Shown: positions 47,049 to 56,730 of the stretch, piece by piece
Layout: each line of letters begins with the position of its first letter
Position numbering within the stretch: the first letter of the stretch is position 1
NCBI GenBank assembly: GCA_900317845.1
Contig: ONII01000006.1
Coordinates: forward strand, 15,172 to 79,171
Reading direction: 5' to 3'
DNA length: 64,000 bases
DNA from: an uncultured Bacteroidales bacterium
Lineage (GTDB): Bacteria > Bacteroidota > Bacteroidia > Bacteroidales > UBA932
Made by a program: the position numbers and the translations under genes
The notes under the pieces: model-generated
The model's database searches: none
Seen by the model: only the letters and a program-made list of their open reading frames with translations
What the model was told of the DNA's origin: nothing

Positions 47049-49405
47049 ATACTCAGCATAATGTCGTTGAGCAGGCCGCCGGCCGTTTGGCGCGTGCCGG
47101 CGCCGGCACCCTGGATGAGCATGGGGGAGGGGTAGTCGCCGGTGGTAATGAGGATGGCGTTGTCCGTGCCCCGAAGGCTGTACAGCGGACTCTCCGGCCC
47201 CACCTCCTGCAAGCCCACCACCGCGTGGCCCTCGGCATCTACGGACGCCACATACCGCAGCTTCTTCCCGGAGGCTGCGGCTTTTTTGTACCGCTCCTGA
47301 ATGTTGGCGGGAATGGGCTCCAGGCTCACCTGCGCCTCTTCCAGCGGAAGGCCGGCCTGGCGGCTCAGAATGAGGATTTTGCGGAGCACGTCCTTGCCGG
47401 AAAGGTCCACCTGAGGGTCCGGCTCCGTGTAGCCTTTGCGGCGGGCGTCTTCTACCAGGGCGTCCCAATCGGCCCCGTTGTAATTGTCCAGCAGGTAGTT
47501 GAGCGTGCCGGAAAGCACGGCGTCCATCCGCACTAGGGTGTCGCCGCTTTGCACCACGCGGTCCAGCGTGACCAGGACGGGCAGGGCCGCGCCGGCCGTG
47601 GTCTCGTAGCGCAGGGAAACGCCCGCCTTGTGGGCCTCCAGCTGCAGGTTCTTGAACTGGGCGTAGGTGCCGGAGAAGGGGATTTTGTTGCAGGCCACCA
47701 CGGAATAGCCGCTGTGGAAGAGGTCCGGGTAGCGGAACCCGAGTTCCTCGTTGGCCGTGCAGTCAATGAAGAGGGAATTCTCCAGCGAAAGCGCGCACAG
47801 GGCATCCACAAAAGAACCCGGGGTGCCCGCCTCCAGAAGTTCTCCGGCATGGGAGAGGTCAATTCCTTCTGTGTCAATTATATAGCGCGTGCTCCGGGCC
47901 AGGCCGCACACGCGAAGCTCCTTGCCGGAACGCTTGGCAATGGCCGCCGCATTGTCCAGCAGCATGTTCACCAGCGCTTTGCCCACGCGGCCGTAACCGG
48001 CAATGAACAGGGGAATGACCTGGTTGGTGAAACGGTCGAAGAACTCGTGGTGAATGGCGCGGATGGCTTCATCGGCCCGCTCGGAAGGGACGATCACGGA
48101 GATATTCCGCTCCGAGGAACCTTGGGCGGTGGCGCGTACCGGGATGCTGTGACGGCTCAGGGCGGCCAGCATGCTGCCGGTGGCGCCGCTGTGGCCCAGC
48201 ATATCGTCCCCGATGACGCAGACGATGGAAAAGCCTTTTTCCACGCGCAGCGGATTCAGTTTCCCGAGGGAAATTTCGTAGGCGAAGCAGGCATCGGCCG
48301 CCCTCCGGGCCTTCTCGGCGTCGGCTGCGGCAATGGCAATGCACATGGAGTGCACGGACGAGGCCTGCGTGATGAGGATGATGTTGATGCCGGCGCGAGA
48401 AAGGGCGTCGAACAGGCGCGAGCTGAAGCCCGGAACGCCCACCATGCCGCTCCCTTCCAGCGAGATGAGCGCCAGGCCATGGGAGTGGGCAATACCAATA
48501 GCGCCCCCTTGCGCCCGCGGCGGATTTTTCTCCACCAGCGTGCCCGGCTCATCCGGATGGAAGGTGTCTTTTACATAAATGGGAATGCCCTCTGCCACAA
48601 CGGGTTGGATGGTGGGCGGGTAAATTACCTTGGCGCCAAAATGGGAAAGCTCCTGCGCGGCGCGGTAGGAGATATGCGGAATGGGGCGGGCCGACGGCAC
48701 CACCTCCGGATGGGCGGTCATGATGCCCGGAACATCGGTCCAAATCTCTACCCGGCGGGCGTGGATGCCCACGGCGAACAGCGACGCGGTGTAGTCTGAG
48801 CCGCCGCGCCCGAGGGTGGTTACCTTGCCGTCCTGGTCGCGTGCAATGAAGCCCGGGACAATGAACAGTTCCGCGCGCGTATGCTGCTCAACGGCCTCCT
48901 GCACGCGCCGATAGGTCTCCGCGCTTTCCACCACGCCGTCCCGCACGCGGACAATCTCGCGGGCGTCCAGCCATCGGCACGCAATGCCCTGTGAGAGAAA
49001 GCTGTCCGTGAGGATGCGCGTAGAGAAGAGCTCGCCAAAGCTTTCCACGGCGCTCAGGCTGGTAGGGGAGAGCTCGCCCAGGAGAAAAACGCCCTGCAGG
49101 ATGCTCTCCAGCTGCCCGAAGAGCCCGTCCACGGCGCCCTGCGTCTTATTCCTGTAGCCGGCGGGAAGCAGCTTGTCGATGATGACATGGTGCCGCTCCT
49201 GCCAGCGGCTCAGGCGCTCTTTGTAGGCCTCGTCGCGGGCGGCGGCCAGGCGGCCCATCTCGATGAGGGCGTCGGTGCAGCCGCTGATGGCGGAACTCAC
49301 CACAAGGGTGCGATCGGCCTCCAGGGCCTTCTGAACAATTTGGATGGTCTGCAGCATGGCGTCCGCGCTTGCAACGGAGGTGCCGCCGAATTTGAGTACT
49401 TGCAT
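47045..49405 (-). CDS. thrA: Bifunctional aspartate kinase/homoserine dehydrogenase
   Basis: VLKFGGTSV, TLGRGGSDY, WTDVPG, two ACT domains, GYGRVG, YETTAGAALP, GYTEPDP; located in the met operon. Confidence 0.93.
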   Translation of the reverse strand: MQVLKFGGTSVASADAMLQTIQIVQKALEADRTLVVSSAISGCTDALIEMGRLAAARDEAYKERLSRWQERHHVIIDKLLPAGYRNKTQGAVDGLFGQLESILQGVFLLGELSPTSLSAVESFGELFSTRILTDSFLSQGIACRWLDAREIVRVRDGVVESAETYRRVQEAVEQHTRAELFIVPGFIARDQDGKVTTLGRGGSDYTASLFAVGIHARRVEIWTDVPGIMTAHPEVVPSARPIPHISYRAAQELSHFGAKVIYPPTIQPVVAEGIPIYVKDTFHPDEPGTLVEKNPPRAQGGAIGIAHSHGLALISLEGSGMVGVPGFSSRLFDALSRAGINIILITQASSVHSMCIAIAAADAEKARRAADACFAYEISLGKLNPLRVEKGFSIVCVIGDDMLGHSGATGSMLAALSRHSIPVRATAQGSSERNISVIVPSERADEAIRAIHHEFFDRFTNQVIPLFIAGYGRVGKALVNMLLDNAAAIAKRSGKELRVCGLARSTRYIIDTEGIDLSHAGELLEAGTPGSFVDALCALSLENSLFIDCTANEELGFRYPDLFHSGYSVVACNKIPFSGTYAQFKNLQLEAHKAGVSLRYETTAGAALPVLVTLDRVVQSGDTLVRMDAVLSGTLNYLLDNYNGADWDALVEDARRKGYTEPDPQVDLSGKDVLRKILILSRQAGLPLEEAQVSLEPIPANIQERYKKAAASGKKLRYVASVDAEGHAVVGLQEVGPESPLYSLRGTDNAILITTGDYPSPMLIQGAGAGTRQTAGGLLNDIMLSI

Positions 49406-49408
49406 AGG

Positions 49409-50398
49409 TTACAGGATAAGGGCCGACAGTTTGGCGGTTTCCAGCAGAAAGCCGTCGTGGCCAAAATTGGAGCTGATTTCGACATACCGGGCGCCCGGAA
49501 TCCAGGCGGCCCACTGCCGGCCTTCCGCCGGCGGGAAAATGAGGTCGGTGTCCACGGCGACCACCGTTGTGCGGGCCTTGATGCCCTGCAGGGCCTTTTG
49601 CACGCCGCCCCGTCCCCGGCCCGCGTTGTGGCTGTCCAGGGCATTGCACAGGCAGTAGTAGGAGTAGGCGTCAAAGCCGCGGCGCACCAGTTTTTCGCCC
49701 TGGTACCGCTCGTAGGAGGCTACACGGCCGGCAAAGAGGGTGTCCGGGTCTTCTTCGGCCTGGGTGAGGCCATACCCTTTGAAACACCGGTAGCTGATAA
49801 GTGCCTGGGCCCGGGCGCATTTGAGCCCTTCGCGGCCGCCGGCAAGCGAACGTGCCTGACGGAACGAAGGGTCCGCTTCCAGGGCCATGCGCTGGGCTTC
49901 CACCGTGGCCCCCAGGAAAGGGGAGATGCGGGGCGCTGTGCACAGGAGCAGGCAGCGGTCAAAGAGCTGTGGCTGCATCACGGCCCATTCCAAAGCATGG
50001 AATCCGCCGTTGGATGCCCCGATTAAAAGGTCGATTTTGCTAATTCCCAGGTGCTTGCGTACGGCCTCAAAGGCTAGCACGGTGTCGCGGATGGTTACAT
50101 CCGGAAAGTCCAGCAGCCAGGGACGCCCGGTAGCGGGGTTCTCCCGCGCCGGCCCTTCGGATCCATACGCGCTGCCCAGCATGTTCACGCACACCACGCG
50201 GCTTTTTTCCGTGTCGATGGTCTTGCCCGGCCCCACCATCTCCGGCCACCAGTCTTCCGGGTCGCTGTTGGCGGTAAGGGCGTGGCAAATCCAAATGACT
50301 TTCCCCGTCCCCTGGGAGGTATGGAAGACGATGTGCGCCTGCTCCAGCACCGCGCCGCATTCTAAGTTCAGGTTAACGGTAATCTCTTGTCGGATCAT
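49409..50398 (-). CDS. metX: Homoserine O-acetyltransferase
   Basis: CHALTANSD, WWPEMVGPG, GASNGG nucleophile elbow, FGHDGFL. Confidence 0.92.
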   Translation of the reverse strand: MIRQEITVNLNLECGAVLEQAHIVFHTSQGTGKVIWICHALTANSDPEDWWPEMVGPGKTIDTEKSRVVCVNMLGSAYGSEGPARENPATGRPWLLDFPDVTIRDTVLAFEAVRKHLGISKIDLLIGASNGGFHALEWAVMQPQLFDRCLLLCTAPRISPFLGATVEAQRMALEADPSFRQARSLAGGREGLKCARAQALISYRCFKGYGLTQAEEDPDTLFAGRVASYERYQGEKLVRRGFDAYSYYCLCNALDSHNAGRGRGGVQKALQGIKARTTVVAVDTDLIFPPAEGRQWAAWIPGARYVEISSNFGHDGFLLETAKLSALIL

Positions 50399-51675
50399 GC
50401 TTTTGCGGCTTTCAGGGCTTGTTCAAGGTCTGCGATAATGTCCTCGGGGGCTTCCAGGCCCACGCTGAAGCGGATGAGGTCCGGGGCGATGCCGGCCGCC
50501 CTGAGCTGCTCGTCGGAAAGCTGTCGGTGCGTGTGCGAGGCCGGATGCAGGACACAGGTGTGGCAGTCGGCTACGTGGGTTTCGATGGTGGTGAGTTTGA
50601 GGGCGTCCAGGAAGCGGTTGTCAAAGGCGCGGCCGCCCTTGAGGCCAAAGCACAGCACACCGCTGCAGCCATTCGGCAGGTACTTGATAGCCAGGTTGTG
50701 GTGCGGGTCGCTTTCCAGGCCGGGGTAGTGTACCCAGGCTACGTCCGGGCAGTTCTCCAGCCAGCGGGCCACCTGGAGGGCGCTGCTGCTGTGGCGGGGC
50801 ATCCTCAGGTGCAGGGTTTGCAGGCCCAGGTGCAGGTAAAAGGCGTTCTGGGGGCTTTGGGTGCTGCCCAGGTCCCGCATCAGATGGGTGACGGCCTTGG
50901 TGATAAACGCGGCTTTGCCAAACTTCTTGGTATAGGTGAGGCCGTGGTAGGAGGCATCCGGCGTGGTGAGGCCGGGGAATTTGTCGGCGTATTCCTCCCA
51001 GGGGAAGTTGCCGCTGTCCACTACGGCGCCGCCCACGCTGGTGCCGTGTCCGTCAATGTATTTGGTGGTGGAATGCGTTACAATATCGGCCCCCCATTCG
51101 AACGGGCGGCACAGCACGGGCGTAGCGAAGGTGTTGTCAATCACCAGCGGCAGGCCGTTTTTGTGCGCCACGGCAGCCCAGCGGGCAATGTCCAGCACCT
51201 CTACGCCGGGGTTGGAGAGGGTTTCCCCGAAGATGAGCTTGGTGTTGGGGCGGATGGCGGCCTGAATCTCGCTGTCCGGGGCATCGGCCTTGATAAAGCT
51301 AACTTCAATGCCGAATTTTGCCAGTGTAACGCCCAGCAGGTTGAAGGTGCCGCCGTAGATGTTGTTGGCCGCGACGATATGGTCTCCTGCGCCGGCGATA
51401 TTCAGGCAGGCAAACAGGTTGGCGGCCTGGCCGGAGGAGGTGAGGATGGCGCCCACGCCGCCTTCCAAGGTACAAATTTGCGCAGCTACGGCATCTACCG
51501 TGGGGTTCTGCAGGCGGGTATAGAAGTACCCGGTCTCTTCCAGGTCAAAGAGCCGGCCCATCTGGTCCGAGGTTTCATATTTAAAGGTAGTGCTCTGGAT
51601 AATGGGAAGCTGCCGCGGCTCGCCCTTCTTGGGGCTGTAGCCGGCATGTACGCACAGTGTGTCAATCTTTGCCAT
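50395..51675 (-). CDS. metY: O-acetylhomoserine aminocarboxypropyltransferase/sulfhydrylase
   Basis: FYTRLQNPT, SSGQAA, IYGGT, VIDNTFATP, HSTTKYIDGHG, IRFSVGLE; start at MAKIDT. Confidence 0.93.
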   Translation of the reverse strand: MAKIDTLCVHAGYSPKKGEPRQLPIIQSTTFKYETSDQMGRLFDLEETGYFYTRLQNPTVDAVAAQICTLEGGVGAILTSSGQAANLFACLNIAGAGDHIVAANNIYGGTFNLLGVTLAKFGIEVSFIKADAPDSEIQAAIRPNTKLIFGETLSNPGVEVLDIARWAAVAHKNGLPLVIDNTFATPVLCRPFEWGADIVTHSTTKYIDGHGTSVGGAVVDSGNFPWEEYADKFPGLTTPDASYHGLTYTKKFGKAAFITKAVTHLMRDLGSTQSPQNAFYLHLGLQTLHLRMPRHSSSALQVARWLENCPDVAWVHYPGLESDPHHNLAIKYLPNGCSGVLCFGLKGGRAFDNRFLDALKLTTIETHVADCHTCVLHPASHTHRQLSDEQLRAAGIAPDLIRFSVGLEAPEDIIADLEQALKAAKA

Positions 51676-51696
51676 GGTTCTTTTATTTATCATAGT

Positions 51697-51886
51697 ATCC
51701 GAAGGATATAGGTTCCCGAACCGTCGCTTCGCGACCCCTCCCATTTGCAACGCGCCTGGCGGCGCGGCTCTGGGCCCCTCCCGTTCCGGGAGATTGGTTT
51801 TCCCCCTGTAATCCCCCTAGGGATACTTGCCCTTACGGGGCACGGCCGAGGGTGGCCATGGGTTCGGGAACCTATACCCTTCGGAT
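51697..51886 (-). ncRNA. Candidate structured 5' leader or MITE-like element upstream of metY
   Basis: 26-bp terminal inverted repeat (single mismatch is G-U on the minus strand) enclosing about six hairpins; starts next to the -7 box TATCTTTG at 51889-51896 (minus). Confidence 0.6.
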
Positions 51887-52021
51887 TGCAAAGATAGACT
51901 GTATGGAAAAAACGAACAAGCGTTTAAGAAAATTTGGAAAATATTACTATATTTGCTTTTAAAATTGATAGATAAAGAAAAATCGACCTGTGGAAATAGC
52001 TGTTTGTAGAAAATTATTCTT

Positions 52022-52489
52022 ATGAGCGAAATGGTACTGGACGCAGTGGATCTGCAAATTCTGCGGGCGCTGCAGGAAAATGCGCGGCTCACCACCAAGG
52101 AACTGGCCGCGCGCGTGAACCTTTCCACTACGCCTGTGTTCGAGCGCATGAAGCGGCTGGAAAAGAGTGGCTTTATCAAGCAGTACGTGGCGGTGCTGGA
52201 TGCGGAAAAGCTGGGGAGGGGATTCACCGTGTTCTGTTCCGTGAAGCTCAAGCAGATGAACCGCGCCGTTGCCCGAGACTTTATCTCCGTGATCCGGGAC
52301 ATCCCCCAGGTGGCGGAATGCTACAACATCTCCGGCGAATACGACTATCTGCTAAAGATTTACGCGCCCGACATGAAGTACTACAACGAGTTCATCATCA
52401 ATGTCCTGGGCAACATCAGCGCCATCGGCTCCATCCTCTCCTCCTTCGTGATGGACGAAATCAAGAACACCCACGCGCTGTATTTGTAG
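52022..52489 (+). CDS. Lrp/AsnC family transcriptional regulator
   Basis: LDAVDLQILRALQENAR...ELAARVNLS..PVFERMKRLE; ECYNISGEYDYLLK; divergent from met operon. Confidence 0.95.
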   Translation: MSEMVLDAVDLQILRALQENARLTTKELAARVNLSTTPVFERMKRLEKSGFIKQYVAVLDAEKLGRGFTVFCSVKLKQMNRAVARDFISVIRDIPQVAECYNISGEYDYLLKIYAPDMKYYNEFIINVLGNISAIGSILSSFVMDEIKNTHALYL

Positions 52490-52586
52490 CCCGGCATGTT
52501 GAATTTTGTAGAATTATTTTTGCTTGCGCAGTGGTTTGGCGCAAGGTGGCTGTATCTTTGCACCAGAAACTTAAAAGAACAGTACC

Positions 52587-52712
52587 ATGCGCAACACAGA
52601 TTTCAACCTTGACGCTCTCGGAAACATGATTTCTTCCACCACTTCCTTCCAGGCCCTGAAGGATATCATCCGCGATCTGGATCTGGAGTTTGAGCAGGCC
52701 GCCAGCCTCTAG
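52587..52712 (+). CDS. Hypothetical 41-aa small protein
   Basis: MRNTDFNLDALGNMISSTTSFQALKDIIRDLDLEFEQAASL*; own TATCTTTG box at 52553-52560, A-rich leader, host-like codon usage. Confidence 0.5.
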   Translation: MRNTDFNLDALGNMISSTTSFQALKDIIRDLDLEFEQAASL

Positions 52713-52719
52713 TGCGCCC

Positions 52720-55059
52720 TTATTCCACCTTCAGGTCCACCACGGTGGATTCTTTGTCCGGGGACAAGCCCACGCGGAGGGTTCGCACGGCGCTGCGGTC
52801 TTTCTGCCTGGCCGCCAGAATGCGGTCCCCAATGATGAATTCGGACACCGGGTCTTCCACATAGCGCATCACGGCCCGCTTGAGCGGACGGGCGCCATAG
52901 GCGGGGTCGTAGCCGGCATCGGCAATAAAACGCTTGGCGGAAGGGGTGATGGTGAGCTTGTAACCGGCTTCCAGCGCCCGCGCCCGCAGGTCTTTGAGTT
53001 CAATGTCTATGATGGACTCAATGGATTCCTTGGTCAGGGAGTTAAAGTATACCTGGTCGTCCACACGGTTGATGAATTCCGGCGGGAACGCCTTCTTCAC
53101 CGCCTTTTCCACCACGGAACGACGATCCATTTCCACGTTCTTGCCCGCTGTGGCAAAACCAATTCCGTTGCCGTATTCCTCCATCTCGCGGCTGCCCACA
53201 TTGGAGGTCATGATGACAATGGTATTCTTAAAGTCCACCGTGCGGCCGTTGCTGTCCGTGAGCCGGCCCTCGTCCATTACCTGCAGCAGCAGGTTGAAGA
53301 TGTCCGGATGCGCTTTCTCAATCTCGTCCAGCAGCACCACGCAGTAGGGTTTGCGGCGCACGCGTTCACTGAGCTGACCACCTTCCTCGTAGCCCACATA
53401 ACCCGGAGGCGCCCCAATCAGGCGCGACACGCTGAACTTCTCCATGTACTCGCTCATGTCTATGCGCACCAGATTGTCCTCGCTGTCAAACAGATACTCT
53501 GCCAGCGAACGGGCCAGCTGCGTTTTCCCCACGCCGGTGGGGCCAAAGAACAGGAATGTGCCGATGGGCCGGTGCGGGTCCTTGAGGCCGGCCCGGTTGC
53601 GCTGGATGGCGCGCACCACCTTTTCCACGGCCTCGTCCTGGCCAATGATGCGCTGCCTGAGGCGCTCGCGCATCTTCACCAGGCGGTTGCCTTCACTCTC
53701 GGCCACCTTGTTCACCGGAATGCCCGTCATTTTGGAGACCACGGAGGCAATGTCCTCGGCCTCCACCACGTGGCTGCGGCCCTTTTTCTTGGTCAGGGAC
53801 AGGCGTACCATGGAACCGGCCTCGTCCAGGGCATCAATGGCTTTGTCCGGCAGGGATTTATCCGTGATGTAGCGGTCGGTCAGGCGCACGGCAGCCTCTA
53901 CGGCATCGTCCGTGTAGGTGATGCCATGGAATTCCTCGTATTTGGGTTTGAGCTGTTGCAGAATAGCGATGGACTGCGGAACGTCCGTGGATTCCACCAC
54001 AATCTTCTGGAAACGGCGGTCCAGCGCACCGTCCTTTTCCACAATCTTGGTGAATTCGTCCAGCGTTGTTGCGCCGATGCACTGGAATTCTCCGCGCGCC
54101 AGCGCCGGCTTGAGCATGTTGGCGGCATCCAGGCTGCCGGAAGCGCCGCCGGCCCCCACGATGGTGTGGAACTCGTCAATGAACAGGATCAGGTCCGGGT
54201 TCTCCGAAGCTTCTTTGATGATGGTCTTGAGGCGTTTTTCAAAATCGCCCCGGTATTTGGTACCGGCCACTACGGAGGCGATATCCAGGGAAAGAATGCG
54301 TTTTTTTGCCAGCGCGGCGGAGATGTCGCCGGTGGCGATGCGCTGGGCGATACCCTCCACAATGGCGCTTTTTCCCACGCCGGGCTCGCCGATGAGCATG
54401 GGGTTGTTCTTTTTGCGCCTGCCCAGAATCTCGATGACACGGGCAATTTCCGTGTCGCGGCCCACCACCGGGTCCAGCTTGCCCTCGCGGGCCGCCCGGG
54501 TGAGGTCATAGGCAAACTCCTCAATGTCCAACTTTTTCTCCTCTGCGGGTTCCTCTTCCGGTCCCTGGGAGGGCTGTTTGGGGTCCTCTTGGTCCTGCGT
54601 CTCCTGCTGCTGCGGGCGCAGAAGGCCTTCGTCTTCCATGTAGGCCAAGAGGCGTCCATAGTCTATCCCGTGCGAGCGCAGGTACACCTGTCCGTAGCTC
54701 TCCGTGGTGCGGCACAGAGCCAGCAGCAAGTGCTGGGGTGCGGCCGCCGGGCTCTTGAGCCGGGTGGCTTCCATGACGGTGATGCTGAGCACGTTCTGCG
54801 CCTGGCGCGAGAAACTGATGTTGTCAATTTGCTCGTACGGGATGGTCTCGTTGGTGAAAATGCGCTGGTCGATAAAGGTTTTGAGGTCTGCCGGCTCGAT
54901 GGCCAGGTCCTGCAGCGCCTTGAACGCCGGATTCTCCTCGTGGCGGATGATGCCCAGGAACAGATGGTCCGGGCCTATCCCATAACTGCCGGTGCGCATG
55001 GCTTCCTCCCGCGCGTATTTAATGACCAGATTGAGGTCTTCGGTAACTTTCAGTTGCAT
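52720..55059 (-). CDS. clpC: ATP-dependent Clp protease ATP-binding subunit (ClpC/ClpA-like, no middle coiled-coil domain)
   Basis: Clp N repeats, GEPGVGKS and GPTGVGKT Walker A motifs, IGF loop (GIGF), GARPLKR. Confidence 0.9.
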   Translation of the reverse strand: MQLKVTEDLNLVIKYAREEAMRTGSYGIGPDHLFLGIIRHEENPAFKALQDLAIEPADLKTFIDQRIFTNETIPYEQIDNISFSRQAQNVLSITVMEATRLKSPAAAPQHLLLALCRTTESYGQVYLRSHGIDYGRLLAYMEDEGLLRPQQQETQDQEDPKQPSQGPEEEPAEEKKLDIEEFAYDLTRAAREGKLDPVVGRDTEIARVIEILGRRKKNNPMLIGEPGVGKSAIVEGIAQRIATGDISAALAKKRILSLDIASVVAGTKYRGDFEKRLKTIIKEASENPDLILFIDEFHTIVGAGGASGSLDAANMLKPALARGEFQCIGATTLDEFTKIVEKDGALDRRFQKIVVESTDVPQSIAILQQLKPKYEEFHGITYTDDAVEAAVRLTDRYITDKSLPDKAIDALDEAGSMVRLSLTKKKGRSHVVEAEDIASVVSKMTGIPVNKVAESEGNRLVKMRERLRQRIIGQDEAVEKVVRAIQRNRAGLKDPHRPIGTFLFFGPTGVGKTQLARSLAEYLFDSEDNLVRIDMSEYMEKFSVSRLIGAPPGYVGYEEGGQLSERVRRKPYCVVLLDEIEKAHPDIFNLLLQVMDEGRLTDSNGRTVDFKNTIVIMTSNVGSREMEEYGNGIGFATAGKNVEMDRRSVVEKAVKKAFPPEFINRVDDQVYFNSLTKESIESIIDIELKDLRARALEAGYKLTITPSAKRFIADAGYDPAYGARPLKRAVMRYVEDPVSEFIIGDRILAARQKDRSAVRTLRVGLSPDKESTVVDLKVE

Positions 55060-55114
55060 GAATACAAAAATAATCAAATTCCCCTTATCAACAATCGCGC
55101 CCGCTACAGGAAAC

Positions 55115-55151
55115 TGACAAAATGTCAAAATTGCGCGGGCACTGTTTTTGT
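55115..55151 (+). promoter_or_regulatory. Putative sigma54-type promoter (GGCAC-N5-TTGT) with upstream TGACA-N3-TGTCA palindrome
   Basis: GGCAC 55138-55142, TTG 55148-55150, palindrome 55115-55127. Confidence 0.5.
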
Positions 55152-55168
55152 AGCAATTAGCCTCTGCT

Positions 55169-55690
55169 ATGAAGAAAATCCTTACATTTGCGCTGCTTCT
55201 TTGCGGTATTGCCGCAGGGGCACAGAACCTGGAAGGCACATTTACCCAGGCTAAAACATTGAAAATTTCCGGCCGTGTCATCAAGAGCGAGGGCACCATC
55301 ACCTTTACCGCACCTGACCAATTGGCCATGCTCTATACCAAACCGGAAGGCGACTACTTTATCATTGACGGCCCCTACCTTCGCATGGATATGCGTGGGG
55401 TGGCGTTGGATGTGAACCGGGAGAACAACAAGTCCATCAAGGTGGAAAGCAATGCCATCGTCTATGGTCTTGCCGGCAAGTATGACACCATTGCAGAGGA
55501 ACTCAATGCAGACTGCACGGTCACCGACAACAAGGACGGCGGCAAGCACGTGGTCATCAAGGTGCGCAAGGCCAAACCCAAAGGCTATTCCGGCATGGAG
55601 CTGGACTACAAGAAAAACGGCCAGCTTTCCAGAATGGTACTGGAAGAATTCGGCGGCATTTCCACGGAATATTTAATCAAGGCAAAATAA
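55169..55690 (+). CDS. LolA-like outer membrane lipoprotein carrier domain protein
   Basis: Signal peptide, GTFTQAKT...SEGTITFTAPDQLAMLYTKP pattern. Confidence 0.6.
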   Translation: MKKILTFALLLCGIAAGAQNLEGTFTQAKTLKISGRVIKSEGTITFTAPDQLAMLYTKPEGDYFIIDGPYLRMDMRGVALDVNRENNKSIKVESNAIVYGLAGKYDTIAEELNADCTVTDNKDGGKHVVIKVRKAKPKGYSGMELDYKKNGQLSRMVLEEFGGISTEYLIKAK

Positions 55691-55717
55691 AAAAAGCGGG
55701 GTGACCCGCTTTTTTTT
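55689..55717. terminator. Bidirectional terminator
   Basis: A-run GCGGG-GTGA-CCCGC T-run between convergent genes. Confidence 0.85.
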
Positions 55718-55718
55718 G

Positions 55719-56666
55719 TTATCCGTTGTATTTCTTTCCGGGGAAGAACCGGGGAACGGCCTGGCAGTATTTGGCGTATTCCGGGTATTTTCCAGAACTG
55801 ATTTCCTCTGCCAGGGCGGAGCTGCCCAGGAAGAGTACAATCAGCAGCAGCGCGCCAATGATGCTCCAGTTGAAAACGCCCACACCGGCGCCGATGGAGA
55901 AGATATACAGGGCGCACCAGGTACCCTGTTCACCCAGGTAGTTGGGGTGACGGCTGTGGCTCCACAGCCCGTTTGTGTTGAATCCCTTGTTATACGGAGC
56001 CGGCAGTTCCTCCAACTTTTGCCCCGCGTTAATCATCTTCCACTTGGTGGTCTGGAAGGCCCACTGCTGCTCGTCGGCAATGGTCTCGTGGGCAATGAAA
56101 TAGAACATGAGGGCGGCGGCAAGGACATCGACCCAGCCAAAGGGAACGGTGGAGTTCATGCTCACCAGCGCCGGGAACGTGGTCATCAGGACCAGCGCAT
56201 TCTGGTAGATGGAAATAAAGAACAGGTCGAACAGGCCCCATGCCAGGCGGTTGCCCTTGAAGGGGGCGCCGTTCCGCACCACGCTCCAGCGGTAGTCTTC
56301 TTCGCCCTCCCAGAATTTGAGCTTATAGGCCCCTTTCCGGGCAAAATTCATGGTGAGGCGGCAGCCCCACAACGTGGCCAGGATGGCGATTACCACCAGA
56401 CGGAGCTGCATGCCGCCGTTGATGGCGATAATCCAGGTATAGGCAATGGGAAGGAGGCTCCACAGCTTGTCCATCTGGGAATTGTTGCCGGTGAGTTCAC
56501 CCACCACAAAGCACCAGATGGCACTGCAGGCGCAAATGGCGCCCAGGGTTTTGAGGGTGGAAAGCTGCGTCGCATCCAGCGCGGGACCCACGTAGATGTA
56601 CATGAGCGGGCACACAACCAGGGACAGGCCCAGGAGCGTAGCCATCAGGGGGATGTTCATTTTCAT
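55719..56666 (-). CDS. DUF1295 family membrane protein (steroid 5-alpha-reductase-like)
   Basis: DKLWSL, WGCRL, EDYRW, ETIADEQQ, GLWSHSRHPNYLGE. Confidence 0.88.
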   Translation of the reverse strand: MKMNIPLMATLLGLSLVVCPLMYIYVGPALDATQLSTLKTLGAICACSAIWCFVVGELTGNNSQMDKLWSLLPIAYTWIIAINGGMQLRLVVIAILATLWGCRLTMNFARKGAYKLKFWEGEEDYRWSVVRNGAPFKGNRLAWGLFDLFFISIYQNALVLMTTFPALVSMNSTVPFGWVDVLAAALMFYFIAHETIADEQQWAFQTTKWKMINAGQKLEELPAPYNKGFNTNGLWSHSRHPNYLGEQGTWCALYIFSIGAGVGVFNWSIIGALLLIVLFLGSSALAEEISSGKYPEYAKYCQAVPRFFPGKKYNG

Positions 56667-56730
56667 ATCAAACAGGTTCAGTTAAAGTACATTAGACTGC
56701 AAAGATAGTAAAAACCAAGTATTTTTCAGT

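Noticed and set aside
51697-51886. Assignment to a known SAM-I, SAM-II or cobalamin riboswitch
   Set aside because: Core consensus motifs could not be found by eye; left as an unassigned structured element
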